NCBI RefSeq assembly: GCF_000143415.4
Contig: NW_003314395.1
Location: 124,001-188,000 of the forward strand
Length of the DNA: 64,000 bases
Reading direction: 5' to 3'
Source of the DNA: Selaginella moellendorffii
Lineage: Eukaryota; Plantae; Lycopodiophyta
Within the stretch, counting starts at the first letter, position 1. The number at the start of each line of letters is the position of its first letter. A model generated the notes under the pieces. The model was not told the origin of the DNA. It was given only the letters and a program-made list of their open reading frames with translations, and did no database searches. Below, piece after piece: positions 37,638 to 54,217 of the stretch. Both the position numbers and the translations under genes were made by a program.

Positions 37638-38592
37638 TCACACTTTGCCAATCCAAATGTAATACGGCACCTTCAGAATAGGAACGTATGGGATTTTGCC
37701 AAAGCTGTTATCCTCGTAGACTGAAGAAAGATTGTTAGCCATTGGAAAGAAAAGACTTTACCAGTTGCAAGTCGATGCTCGAGATATTGTCGTCGTTCAG
37801 GTCCCAAGTCAATACAATCCAAATCAAACACGGCCCTCCAAAACCAACGACGGAGCCAAGAGTGCTGCCGCTCGGGCTTGTCAAACTTTGCAGACGTCGT
37901 GAAATCGGCCACTCCCACGATTCCATCCACGTCGAGATAGGACAGAGCCCGGTCTATCACCTTGATAAACTGCGGTATCACTGTCATGAACGACGACGAA
38001 GCAAAACTTGAGTGTCACGGCGAGCTCGGAAACAAAACAAATGTGAAAGAGTCTGCTCTCGCTTACTTGACAGGGAGTACGAGAATGTAACGAGAGTTGC
38101 GGGAGCCGGAGGCCGAAACTCGCAAGCGTCCTCTTCAATCACCTCGACGTTGGTCCATCCGAATCCCTCCACCTTTGCGGCAGCCACATCGCACAAGGCG
38201 GAGCAAAGATCAACCACGTAAATATTCTGGAAAGCCGAGAGGTCCAGGCACCTGGATAGCATTCTCACGTTCTCGGCGGTGCCCCCTCCCAAATCGACCC
38301 ACACCATCCCGGATCGTCCCTGGAGCCGTGACGCACACTCAACCAGCATTTGTTCTCTCCCGTGGAGAAAGCCGGCACGAAAAGCGTCGTCTGCAGTTAA
38401 CCATCATCTCAGTCCTTCCTCTCTCTCAAGAGAAAAGAAGCAGACAAACGAAAGAGGATACTTACATGCCTGTGCCTGCGAGCTGTAGAATGCCTGGAGC
38501 CGCTCCTTGTGAGTGTCACCAGTGATCCTCCCAAACCACATCGCCGCCAGGCACTGCATGTCTTGTTTCACGCTGTGGACCATCTGCGCCAT
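37638..38592 (-). CDS. BTA1: Betaine-lipid (DGTS) synthase methyltransferase domain (BtaB-like N-terminal half of BTA1), stand-alone, 4 exons
   Basis: RLQAFYSSQAQAYDAFR..FLHGR, WVDLGGGTAEN, YVVDLCSALC, VTFSYSLS, GVADF, RWFWRAVFDLDCIDLGPERRQYLE and IPYVP..VPYYIWIG match the Chlamydomonas BTA1 N-terminal domain as recalled. Confidence 0.85.
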
Positions 38593-38813
38593 AGCTCTTC
38601 AAGGGAGAGAGGAAGAGAAAAATATCATCCAGAGTAAAAACAAACCTATCTTGACGTTTTGTTCTTCGATGGCTACGCCGGCGAAACAGCTCCTGCGATG
38701 ATTGAGTAAGTTGCTGGAAGAACAGTAGAACAGCAGCCCCAAGAATATATCTCCTCCCACCTTGAGTTTTCGAGTTCCTCTCCTCCACTCGAGCAGCTCC
38801 AAAGTCAAAAGCC

Positions 38814-40205
38814 ATGGGTGTGGCAGTAGCAGCGGAGTCGGAGAAACGAGCGGCGCCACGCCTCCGCTACAACAGCCCTCTTGTCCAGGTGATCCTCATC
38901 GGCTTCGTCTGCTTCTGCTGCCCCGGGATGTTCAATGCCTTGAACAGCATGGGAGGCGGAGGCCAAGTCTCCAAGACCGCCTCCAACAACGCCAACACCG
39001 CCCTCTACGCAACCTTCGCGGTGTTCGGAGTCTTGGGCGGCGGGATCTACAATCTCCTCGGCCCCCGCTTCACTCTCCTCTTCGGCTCCAGCTTCTACGT
39101 GCTCTTCGCCGGCTCGTATCTCTTCTACAATCACCACCAAGACGCCAAAGGTGACGCCTTCAACATCACCGCCGGAGCTCTCCTCGGCATGGGAGCCGGG
39201 CTACTCTGGGCTGGCCAGGGAGCGATCATGATGTCCTACCCCCCCGAGAGGCTCAAAGGCCGCTACATATCCATCTTCTGGAGCATCTTCAACCTGGGAG
39301 CTATGATCGGTGGCTTCCTCCCCTTCGGCCTCAACTACAACCGGCCGAATGCCCAGTCCGTGAACGACGCCACCTACATCGGCTTCATGGTGATCATGTC
39401 CTTCGGCTCGCTGCTCACGCTGGCCCTGCTCACGCCCGACCGAGTTGTCCGAGACGATGGAAGCCGAGTCACTGCCATCCGCTACTCCAATCCTTTCACC
39501 GAGGGATGGGAGATCCTCAAGCTGTTTCTAACACCCAAGCTGCTGCTCCTGGCCCCTGCTTGCGTCGCTAGCAATTTCTTCTACACGTACCAGTTCAACG
39601 GCTTCAATGCGTCGCTCTTCAACGTGAGAACCCGCGGCTTCAACGGTGTCTTCTACTGGGGAGCTCAGATGCTGGGAGCCACTGTTCTTGGATTTCTCCT
39701 CGACGCCTGCCACCCGAGGAGGAAAGTTAGAGGATTCGTCGGAATCGCTGTGGTGGCAGTGTTTGGGATGGTTACCTGGGGTGGCGGCCTTGCCAAGCAG
39801 CTGGAGTACTCGCGGTATGATCTCCCTCCCGAGCTCGACTTTAAGAGCGGACCTGAGTATGCCGGACCGTTTATCCTGTTCGTCTGCTATGGACTGCTCG
39901 ACGCTATGTACCAGACGCTGTGCTACTGGACGATGGGAGCTCTCACTGACGATGCTCTAGCGCTCAGTCGCTATGCTGGCTTCTACAAGGGAGTGCAAAG
40001 TGCTGGAGCAGCGGTGGCATGGCAACTGGACGCACACAAGGTCAGGTTTTTAGTCCAGCTGCTCGTCAACTGGGGACTCTTGGTGCTCAGCATCCCTCTG
40101 CTAATGCTTATAATGAAAGACGTCAAGGACTCCTGTGCAGGAGATGCACCACTTACAGCCGAGAGTAGCGCTAAAGACGGTGAGACCGCCAAGGAAACAG
40201 TATGA
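38814..40205 (+). CDS. UNC-93-like MFS membrane protein, intronless
   Basis: YNSPLVQVILIGFVCFCCPGMFNAL..GGGG, GLLWAGQGAIMMSYP and SRYAGFYKGVQSAGAAVAW. Confidence 0.93.
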   Translation: MGVAVAAESEKRAAPRLRYNSPLVQVILIGFVCFCCPGMFNALNSMGGGGQVSKTASNNANTALYATFAVFGVLGGGIYNLLGPRFTLLFGSSFYVLFAGSYLFYNHHQDAKGDAFNITAGALLGMGAGLLWAGQGAIMMSYPPERLKGRYISIFWSIFNLGAMIGGFLPFGLNYNRPNAQSVNDATYIGFMVIMSFGSLLTLALLTPDRVVRDDGSRVTAIRYSNPFTEGWEILKLFLTPKLLLLAPACVASNFFYTYQFNGFNASLFNVRTRGFNGVFYWGAQMLGATVLGFLLDACHPRRKVRGFVGIAVVAVFGMVTWGGGLAKQLEYSRYDLPPELDFKSGPEYAGPFILFVCYGLLDAMYQTLCYWTMGALTDDALALSRYAGFYKGVQSAGAAVAWQLDAHKVRFLVQLLVNWGLLVLSIPLLMLIMKDVKDSCAGDAPLTAESSAKDGETAKETV

Positions 40206-40257
40206 AGCCTTTGTAAAGTCACTGGAAGGAACAAAAGAAAACAGAGCTAAGTGTTTT

Positions 40258-40855
40258 TCAGCACGTAGAATTCTGGCCAAGCACCTGTGGATTGCCGAAT
40301 GTATCCTCGTCGCCATCCTCGACTTTCTTTCGCCTCTCCGCGATCATCTGTGTGTATGCCTGCGCGGGAAGAACAGTGAGTGCTACAAACAAAGATAGAA
40401 CTAGAAAAACTTCTGAAAGTTTACCTGTGGATACGAGTAGAGGAACACAAACCACCATGCTGCGATCACCAAGGTGACGAAAGAAGTAACCGGAATGGAG
40501 TGGAAAACTGGCCAAGACGCTCCAATCGTCAGCATTCCTGTGGCTACAATGCTCCAAGGCTGGCACCTGGAAGCAAGTAGCAAGAGTAGAACAAAGAAGG
40601 AGCTTTCAAGACGTACCAGGCAGGCTTTGTATCCCAAACGCTCTCGTATTCCAGCGACAAATCTTCCAAGTATTGTTCCATGTCGTCCACGGCTCGCTTT
40701 CCAGCGCTCCCATTCCCTGAAGCAAATGCCACAGTTTCCCGCTTCCTCGGTTCCCTCCTGCCAATGGCAATGGGCCTGCCATTCCGGCGCTGGCTCACAG
40801 ACCTGAGACAATCTACGCCTGTGAACAACGAGGGGAGGAGCAACAATGCCGCCAT
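40258..40855 (-). CDS. Probable plastid membrane protein of cyanobacterial type (DUF6737-like), 3 exons
   Basis: SVWDTKPAW|CQPWSIVATG, two TM segments and AYTQMIAERRKKV...EDTFG. Confidence 0.75.
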
Positions 40856-40976
40856 AGCCAGAATTAAAACGAAGCCACAAAATCCCTATAAAGGCAGTAA
40901 CTCTTTAAAGAAGAAAGCTTCATTTCTTCAAACTTACATTACATTATCGTTACCATTCAGAAACACTGCTGCTTTG

Positions 40977-45552
<4,576 letters not shown>

Positions 45553-45658
45553 CGCTCCCCAGCAAATAACCTAGAATGCCGCTCCCTCCCCTTTTACTCC
45601 CTTTTCCCTCTTTCCACTACTTAAAGCCACTGGAGAAATATTATAGGGCTTGAGGGAA

Positions 45659-47084
45659 ATGGGCGGGGCGGACATGGGAGGATCCGTGAAGCGAGCGACG
45701 ATCGATGCTGTCGCAGGCGCTGTAGCTGGAGGAATCTCCAGGACGATCGTGGCGCCGCTCGATGTGATCAAAATCCGGTTCCAGGTAAGGCGATTTCCTC
45801 GCTCACAGGCTCAATCGCATCGTCTTCTCGCTTCCCAGGTCCAGCTAGAGCCGACGAGCCGGCGATTGAGCCAAGGATCTTCATCCTTTCCAGGCGGTGT
45901 CTCGAAATACACGGGCATCGCACAGGCTATGCGAGACATTTTCCGCGAGGAAGGGATCCCGGTAAGAGAAAAAATCCTTTTTCTTTCTAACAAAGGGATA
46001 GAAGATAGATCGCGTTGCATGTGATAGGGCCTATGGAGGGGAAATGTTCCAGCTTTGTTGTTAGTCATGCCGTACACTGCTATACAGTTCGTCGCGCTGC
46101 AAGGATTTCGATCCACTTTCTCCAAGGGAGGTCGGCATCTTCTCTAGAACTTTGCATAGAGCATCCTCTTCTTTCGTCTCTTTTACTACGTGCCTCTCCA
46201 GCATCGATTTTTTATCACCATTGGAGTTTGATCCTAAGTTTTAGCGGTTTGTGTGCAGGTGATGTTAGTCCCGTCCTGTCGTACGTGAGTGGAGCTGCTG
46301 CGGGGTGTGCTGCAACTATTGGATCCTATCCTTTTGATCTTCTACGTACGATTCTCGCTTCGCAAGGTGAACCAAAGGTGAATATTTTCTTTCCCGTGTT
46401 TTGCCGCTGAAAGATGTATATGTTCTTCAGATTTATCGTTCTATGAGACACGCATTCGTAGATATACTACAAACAAGAGGATTTCGAGGCCTCTACGCCG
46501 GACTAACTCCTTCCCTGGTTGAAATCATACCTTATGCCGGGCTCCAATTCGGCTCGTATGACACCTTCAAGCGATGGGCACATGTAAGAAGACTTGTCTT
46601 TGGTGTCACTTAAAGTTTATCTCTCTCTCTCTCTCTCATTCGTTGTGCAGCGTCTGGATCAGTGGAGGGGTGTAGACCGCCCGGAGCTTTCAGGCATGCA
46701 ACACTTTTGGTGTGGTCTAGCTGCGGGTACGTTCTCCAAGACGTGCTGCCATCCACTAGACGTTGTCAAGAAGCGATTCCAGGTGCGAAGTCTCTGTCAA
46801 TCGCTTTCGTTTTTCATCTTCTTCCGGTGTAAAAACACCCTTGTTTTCTCTTGTTTTCAATCACCCAGGTGGAAGGCCTAGCTCGTCACCCACGCTACGG
46901 TGCTAGAATAGAACTCAAGGCCTACAAAAGCATGGTCGACGCGATCCGCCGGATTGTACAGCAAGAAGGCCTGGCCGGGCTCTACAAGGGGACTTATCCG
47001 TCAGTTATAAAAGCTGCGCCAGCCGCTGCCATCACATTCGTCGTTTACGAGAAGGCTTCAAAATGGCTAGAGCTACGGTGGTGA
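45659..47084 (+). CDS. Mitochondrial thiamine diphosphate carrier (SLC25A19/TPC type), multi-exon
   Basis: [56 protein letters not shown] and [14 protein letters not shown]. Confidence 0.9.
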
Positions 47085-48037
47085 CGAGGTGATATCTACC
47101 TTCTATCACTCACATATATGGTTTTAATTTCTCGTCAAGCACAGTGACAGGGAAAGCACGCACACCACCACCTCTGACACTGGTGGTTCGTGAATCCATC
47201 GCTCGAGAGCTGCTATAACTTCATCGATTTTCCTTCATCTAGCAGATTCCTTTTGTTCTTCCCGAGAGAGGGGGAGAATTTTTGTGGAATTCAACACCGG
47301 GACGCTTGTCTCCTCGGGGCTTGTAATGTAAAGATGAGCTCGCACTTTCACAGAAATGGGGCTTGTAAGTTAAGGTTTTTGATTGCACATGGCCCATCTG
47401 GAATCCAGCTTTTGGTTCTTGTGAGGAAAATCACTGTGATCACTGCGAAGAAACTATTTTCTAAGGTTTGTAACTCACGTAGTTTTGTTTGTTCTTGGCG
47501 ATCATAGAAAAATAGCCATAGCTCTTTCTAATGCTACAAATATCTTACCTCCATCCGGTAAAAAAATTCTTAGAATTTGAGGATCACACATGAATCAAAG
47601 ATAGCAGTAGTACGTACGTGCCAAAATTATGAGAAAATTACCTGACAGTTACTGCCAAAACTTTACCCCGCGCCGTCGAGTCGTCGTTGAGCGGAAATTA
47701 TTCTATTCTCGAAAATAACGGAATATTCGTCCGGCAGGCAAAGAGTGATGCCGTTTGCACGGCCGAGATTCGCTGCTCGTTTTGGTGCCCAGTCCGCCAT
47801 AGCCAACGAAGAAAGAAGGCGAGCCAGGGTAGCCTTCTTGCTAGGGTTTCGCATTCTCTCCTACCCCAGCTGGTTTCTCTGCGCGGCTGTGCGCATTCTT
47901 CCCTCCCGTGCTGCTGGATTTCGACCATGGCGTAATCGCGTACCAGGTTTGCAAGGCATTGTGATCTTCTCCCCAGGATCCAGCTGATCCGTGGGCTAGA
48001 TCTCCCGAAAGCCCTGGTTCTTGCGGGGTAGTATGAG

Positions 48038-50151
48038 ATGAGCAAGACGATGGGGCAGGAGATTAACCAGTACGCCCACAGCCCCGTCCACTGGGCCGTT
48101 GCCAGGGGCGATTACGCGGCGCTCAAGCGGATTCTCAGTGGCCTTCCCCGCCTCGCCAAGCCTGGCGAGGTTCGCACGGAGATCGAGTCGATCCAGGCGG
48201 AGGTCAAGGCCGATGCCATCGCGGCGGTGATAGATCGCCGAGATGTGCCCAACCGGGAGACGCCACTGCATTTGGCGGTCAAGATGGGCGACGAGACGTC
48301 GGTGGAGATGCTCATGCAAGCCGGGGCGGATTGGAGCCTCCAGAACGCGCAGGGATGGAGCGCCCTCCAGGAGGCGGTGTGCGCGCGAGAGGAAGGCATA
48401 GCCATGATCATCACGAGGTACTATCAGCCCATGGCTTGGGCGAAGTGGCTCCGGCGGCTGCCGAGAGTGGTGGGAACAATGCGGCGGATGAGAGACTTCT
48501 ACATGGAGCTCACGTTTCACTTCGAGAGCTCGGTCATTCCTTTCATCTCCAGGATTGCTCCCAGCGACACTTACAGGATATGGAAGAAGGGTGCCAATCT
48601 CAGGGCGGACATGACACTCGCGGGCTTCGATGGTTTCAGGATCCAGAGGTCGGACCAGAGCTTTCTCTTTTTGGGCGATGGAAGCGACGACGGCAAGCTC
48701 CCTTCCGGGACCCTCTGTGTTCTCAGCCACAAAGAGAAGGAGATCATGAACGCTTTGGACGGTGCCGGAGTCCAGCCCACGGAGTCCGAGATCGCGCAAG
48801 AGGTGGCGGTTTTGTCACAAACCAATATCTACAGGCCGGGGATCGATGTCACACAGGCCGAGCTCCAGCCGCATTTGACGTGGAGGAGGCAAGAGAAAAC
48901 CGAGATGGTGGGCTCGTGGAAGGCGAAGATATACGACATGCATCATGTGACTGTCAGTGTCCGGTCGCGAAGGGTTCCAGGAGCCATGACAGACGAGGAG
49001 CTGTTCGCTTCAGAAGAGGCCGAGGGAGAGGACGACGAAGACTACACCGATCTTCTAACCGAGGAGGAGAAGCAGCAACTGGACTCGGCGCTCAAGGCCG
49101 AGAATGGCGAGTTTATCGAGAAGGGATTTGACAAGGGTGGCAAGGACAACAGCAAGCTTCGCAGGCGCTTGGAGAACGGGGGGGATGATATTATATTGGA
49201 CGGATTGCTCGACGATGATATGAGCGTAGGGGGTGCTTCGTCTGGCTCGGATATCCACAGGGAGGACAGGAAGAGCTGGTTTAGCTGGGGGAAGAAGAGC
49301 GTCAAGCATGAAAACGCAAAGAAGGTGGAGCCGGCAAGGAAGTCTCTCAGCGTAGAAGTAGAGCGGGGTGGCAGGAATAACAGCAGAAAGTCTTTCGACA
49401 GGCGACCATCGAATTATAGAGCGGAGGACACATTCGAGCTCAAGAAAGGATACATGGACAAGCCTGCCAGGAAGAGCGTAAGCAGGGAGTCGATTCACAA
49501 GCCTGGAAAGGCTGGCGCCGAAAACGAGTACCAGAAGGGATTGAGGCCGGTGCTGTGGCTCACACCGGATTTTCCTCTGAGCACTGAGGAGTTTGTGCCG
49601 CTACTGGACATTCTGTCCAACAAAGTGAAAGCGATCCGGAGGCTACGGGAGCTCTTGACAACCAAGCTACCGACTGGAACGTTTCCAGTCAAGGTAAGTT
49701 TATTTTCTTTTCTCGTTTCTCCAGTTCTTCGGTGACCAAAGTTTGTTTGTTTTTTCCTTCGTCTCAGCTGGCCATACCAGTAGTGCCCACCATCAGAGTC
49801 GTCGTGACTTTCACTCGCTTTGACGAGATCCGCGCGCCGTCGGAGGAGTTTTCCACGCCACTCTCGAGTCCTCGCCACTTCCAAGACGCCAAAGCCAAGG
49901 AGGGCGATGCTCCGCAAGCACAGGCATCATCGGCGAGTTCATGGTTTTCGTGGATGCGACCTCACAGCCAGGCAAGCTCGTCGGCGGTGTCGGACGATCA
50001 CGGGCCCGACTTGGTGGATCCGTTTCTCATCCCCAGTGACTACACCTGGGTGGACGTAAACGAGAAGAAGCGGCGAGCCAAGGACAAGAAATCGAAGAGC
50101 AAGAAGAATAAGAAGCCTCCTCCAGCGCAGGGAGAGACAACGAAGGGCTAG
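48038..50151 (+). CDS. ANKRD13-like ankyrin / GPCR-chaperone domain protein (intron about 49694-49767)
   Basis: SPVHWAV, RETPLHLAV, QNAQGWSALQEAV, DFYMELTFHFESSVIPF..PSDTY.IWK.G.NLRADMTLAGF and LP.GTFPVK|.AIP. Confidence 0.93.
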
Positions 50152-50250
50152 TCTGCTTGCTAGCTCTCACAAGTTACAACAAACAAAGGCTTTTGGATTT
50201 ATTTTTTGTAGGCGATTTACCACACGAAATGAAATTCTTGTGTTCTTTCT

Positions 50251-50787
50251 TCACTTGTTGTATAGGGTGGAACCATACGAATTAGCAGCGATGATGATCA
50301 GGAGCGTGATATAAGTGCCCCTCAGAGGAATTTTCATCAGCTTTTTCACGTAGGAACCAACGAGGATTAGAATGCCGACGAGAAAACACGTACCCATGGT
50401 CGACCACGATGCCTTCGCGTCGTTAAAGTCGTAGACAACATAGAGGAGGCTGAAAAAGAGTGGTGTCATCATCACGGACAAGCTCACAAAGAAGATCATC
50501 CACATAGAGAGCATGAGCTTTTTGGCCTCTAGAGCTTTTCCCTGACCGTTATCAAGAAATGCTATTAGACACCATGCCAATCCAAATGCCGAGATGGTTG
50601 AAGCGAGAAGGAAGTGGAAGCAACGCCCCTTTTCCACTGGTGTGGCATTCTCTTTGATGAGGGAGATCCCTGACTGGAGGCATGTAGAAGCCACAAAAGT
50701 GAAAGGCGTAATCAGCAATTTGGCAAACTTCAATGCTTCTTTGTTGGGGGCAGCATTAGCTTCTGCAATCTTTCCCGCTTCTTCCAT
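50251..50787 (-). CDS. Small multi-pass membrane protein, PGG-domain-like (type A, unit 1, intact)
   Basis: Four to five hydrophobic helices. LLITPFTFVASTCLQSG and FHFLLASTISAF..CLIAFL resemble PGG-domain helices 1-2, but the PGG motif itself is absent. Confidence 0.65.
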   Translation of the reverse strand: MEEAGKIAEANAAPNKEALKFAKLLITPFTFVASTCLQSGISLIKENATPVEKGRCFHFLLASTISAFGLAWCLIAFLDNGQGKALEAKKLMLSMWMIFFVSLSVMMTPLFFSLLYVVYDFNDAKASWSTMGTCFLVGILILVGSYVKKLMKIPLRGTYITLLIIIAANSYGSTLYNK

Positions 50788-51113
50788 TAAACTCAAAGTC
50801 CTTCCCCTGCAAGCTGCCGATTTTGTTGAGCGGGATGATGAGAGTGCTAATCTGGATCACATGGCCTTGATCGACCAGCAAAACACACTATATATTCTTT
50901 AGATTCCGTGGAATGCCTTGAATCGGTATTTGCCGCACGATAAGCGACTTGCCACAAATAATCATATGTATACGTTTCTTTGTTTTGTTCTTACAAGTCA
51001 AACTGATTCTGGCATTTTGCTACATGAATAGCATTAAGCGAAACAAATCTCCAAGTGTCACTTGATTTTACATGGGAATCCAATAACCTACAAACAGTTT
51101 CTTTGTGTCTTGT

Positions 51114-52010
51114 TTACATAATCTTGCAAATCAAGTTCCTGGTAAACAGCTCGCTGGTGTTGTTCACGATCCAGGGGTGACCAAGAACTTGCTCCACCGT
51201 CAGCCTCCGGCTCGGATAAACCTCCAACATCCCCATGATCAAATCCTTTGCCTCGCTCAACACATCACTCCAATCCAATGCAAACTCCACATTGTCCACG
51301 CTTTTCAGCAATAACTCCACATAATCAGAGTGGTATTCAGGGAACGCCACCCTTCCGCTAACGAGCTCATATAGAATGAGTCCGAGCCCCCAAACGTCCA
51401 CCGCTTGAGTGTAGTATTTCGGCCATCCGCCCTCACCAGCCCTGAGAACATCTGGCGACATATACCCAGGGGTGCCACAAAGGTGGTGCATCTCGTCTGC
51501 CCGGTCAGTCGCAACCCCAAAGTCAGACAGCTTCACCTCGTAAGGTTGCGCTGGATGCGTCAGCAAAACGTTTTCCAGCTTCATATCCCTGTGCACCACC
51601 CCAAGGTTGTGCATCTCCCTCAGCGTCTCGGCCAGGCTCTTGGTCACAAACGCCGCCTCGTCATCCGCCAGCCTCCCCACCATCTTGAGCCTGTCCCGGA
51701 GAGTGCACGAGCAGAGCTCCAAGATTAGGGATCCCCACCAGCGGCCCTTGCGCTCCTCCTCGACCATGTCGTAGATCTCTAGTGTACCATGGCAGCCATT
51801 GAGTTTGAGCATGATTTCCTTCTCTCTCTCACCCGATCTCTCGAAGCTCTTAGCCGCTAGCAACTTACCACCCATTCTAAAGCTTACAAGGTGTACAGTG
51901 CCTTGCCCTCCCTTTCCAAGCTCAAAACCCACATCATACATCTTTCTCAAGGACGAGAGCTCCTCGCTCACCACCAACTCACCACTCTCGACCGCTCTCC
52001 ACACAGTCAT
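51114..52010 (-). CDS. Intronless kinase-only Ser/Thr kinase, CAMK/CDPK-PPCK-like (copy 1)
   Basis: LGKGGQGTV, AAK, HRDMKLEN, DFG, GTPGYMSPD, DVWGLG and RLTVEQVLGHPW. Confidence 0.92.
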   Translation of the reverse strand: MTVWRAVESGELVVSEELSSLRKMYDVGFELGKGGQGTVHLVSFRMGGKLLAAKSFERSGEREKEIMLKLNGCHGTLEIYDMVEEERKGRWWGSLILELCSCTLRDRLKMVGRLADDEAAFVTKSLAETLREMHNLGVVHRDMKLENVLLTHPAQPYEVKLSDFGVATDRADEMHHLCGTPGYMSPDVLRAGEGGWPKYYTQAVDVWGLGLILYELVSGRVAFPEYHSDYVELLLKSVDNVEFALDWSDVLSEAKDLIMGMLEVYPSRRLTVEQVLGHPWIVNNTSELFTRNLICKIM

Positions 52011-52087
52011 GGCGATTAAACAACGAGTGTTAGCGTGACCTAAAGGGAGCTGCCTTTAAGTCTTGATCAAACCAGATTGAATTATGA

Positions 52088-52619
52088 TCAAGACTTGCAG
52101 ACCTTTGCGGTGAATTCCACGACATAGAGATTGTTTCCTTTGCTTGTTTCTTTCGCTGTGCCCGTGGCTCCTTCAAATCTTCTGGTGCCACCAACGATGG
52201 CGAAGAGAGCTTGAGATCCAGCGGTCGAGCTCCCGGCCTCGCCTTGAAACTCGAGGCTGCTACCATCAGCAAAGGAGCAATGCGAGGACTGGAAGCTCCC
52301 AGGCCGGTGTTTGCAAGGATTCCCATGTATGTCCCATGGATAACCTGGTATAGCCCTTGGTGGAGACCGAGAATGGGGCTGCGAATGTCTGCATTGATCC
52401 GGTCTACCAGCGTTGTCTTTGGGAAGAACGTAGAACTCGGTTTGGTTGATCCCCGTGTCCGTAAATAGGGACTGGCCTTGGAAGGTGTAGGTCTTTCACT
52501 GTTTCACAACTTCACAAGATTCAAAGCATCGATAAGAAAATGGAATCTATACCTTGGAGGACGATGCTGATGTCGCTAATGCCAATGATCAAGAAGATCC
52601 CAATTCTAGAGGAGGCCAT
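52088..52619 (-). pseudogene. Dirigent-like secreted protein, copy 1 (frameshifted)
   Basis: Near-identical to 55194-55759 with several small deletions, mostly in homopolymers. Confidence 0.7.
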
Positions 52620-53297
52620 TGGCCCCATTGTGTAGAATGCTCTAGCCTAGAGCTCTCCATATCTTAGATAAATAGATAGATACCAGAGTACACGTGAAAT
52701 ACGTGAGCGTCGATCCATTAACACTGGGCCGAGGCTGAAGAAGGACGAGATTGTGAAACAAAACTTGGCAGGAAGAGCTCGTGCATGTCGCCGTTGGTTT
52801 CTCGACACAACAGTCAAGGATAATTTGTTCAATCTCTCAAGTATAGAACTGTGCATTTCATATTAGTCCCAGCTGCACCATACAGGGCATAGACTACAAA
52901 AATTTGAATTCCCATATAATCTATAACAAGGAAAAAAAAGGAATGAGATCCTATACTAGTTATCTACCTTTAAACCTCGCAGCTGGATCACACTTTAGTC
53001 TCCTACAAAATCCAAGAACCAGGTTCTGCTTCACTTTTTTCACGTTTAAGTTCATGGCAGAAGGGGCAACAATTGCTAATTTTAATGAGGCTAACGGGAA
53101 AGAATCATCGAAGCTGGCCCACGAGCAGCTACTAAAACCTTTAAAACCCCTCATCAAAATCTTCCAAGATTCATGCCACTATTTTTTCATGTATCTAAGA
53201 AATGGATGAGCATTAGCGACATCATCATCCTCCATTTTCTTATCTATGCGATCAATGAAGACATTGGCAGCCCCCTCTTAAGCTCTTTTCGCCATTG

Positions 53298-53881
53298 TCA
53301 GAGGCACCATAAGGTTTGAAGGAGCCACAGCACTGCGAGAGAAACGAGCAAAAAAACAAAACCAATCTCTGTAACAAAGAAATTGTAAATGATAAGTAAA
53401 ATGACAGGAGTGCCTTTCAGAGGAATCCTCATCCTTTGGAACAGCTTTTTCACGTAGGAACCAGTGAAGACTACAACGACCAAAACTAAATACGCACCCA
53501 TTATTGACCACGATGCCTTGGTTCCGATGAAATCGTAGACCACATACAGAAGGCTGAAGAGGAGCGGCAACATCATCGTAGACAAGCTTGAAAAGAAGAT
53601 CATCCAAATAGCTTTTTCACCTCAGAAGCGTTTCCTTGTTCGTTCTCACCGATCGCTATTAGACACCTTGCCAATCCAAATGCTGAGATGGTTGAAGCAA
53701 GAAGGAAGTGGAAGCAACGCCCCTTTTCCACTGGTGTGGCATTCTCTTTGATGAGGGAGATTCCTGACTGGAGGCATGTAGAAGCCACAAAAGTGAAAGG
53801 CGTAATCAGCAATTTGGCAAACTTCAATGCTTCTTTGTTGGGGGCAGCATTAGCTTCTGCAATCTTTCCCACTTCTTCCAT
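53298..53881 (-). pseudogene. Chimeric PGG-like gene (5' type A, 3' type B, frameshift near 53603)
   Basis: 5' half matches 50540-50787; 3' half matches the reverse complement of 56550-56770. Confidence 0.7.
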
Positions 53882-54217
53882 TAAACTCAAAGTCCTTTCC
53901 CTGCAAGCTGCTGATTTTGTTGAGCGGGATGATGGGAGTGCTAAGATGGATCACATGGCCTTGATCGACCAGCAAAACACACTATATATTCTTTAGATTC
54001 CGTGGAATGCCTTGAATCGGTATTTGCCGCACGATAAGCGACTTGCCACAAATAATCATATGTATACGTTTCTTTGTTTTGTTCTTACAAGTCAAACTGA
54101 ATCTGGCATTTTGCTACATGAATAGCAACGTGAAACAAATCTCTGCAAAATGGCAAGTGTCACTTGATTTTACATGGGGATCCGATAACCTACAAACTGT
54201 TTCTTTGTGTCTTGTTC

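Noticed and set aside
47996-49498. Long antisense and alternate-frame ORFs over ANKRD13 (similarly over GRX, GRAS and PPR)
   Set aside because: Shadow ORFs expected in GC-rich coding DNA.
48038-50787. ANKRD13 ankyrins plus PGG-like gene as a split ACD6
   Set aside because: ANKRD13 is a distinct conserved family on the opposite strand, and its duplicate lacks the ankyrin repeats.
52647-52856. 69-aa ORF repeated in all three units
   Set aside because: Lies in the dirigent promoter; conservation is explained by recent duplication.
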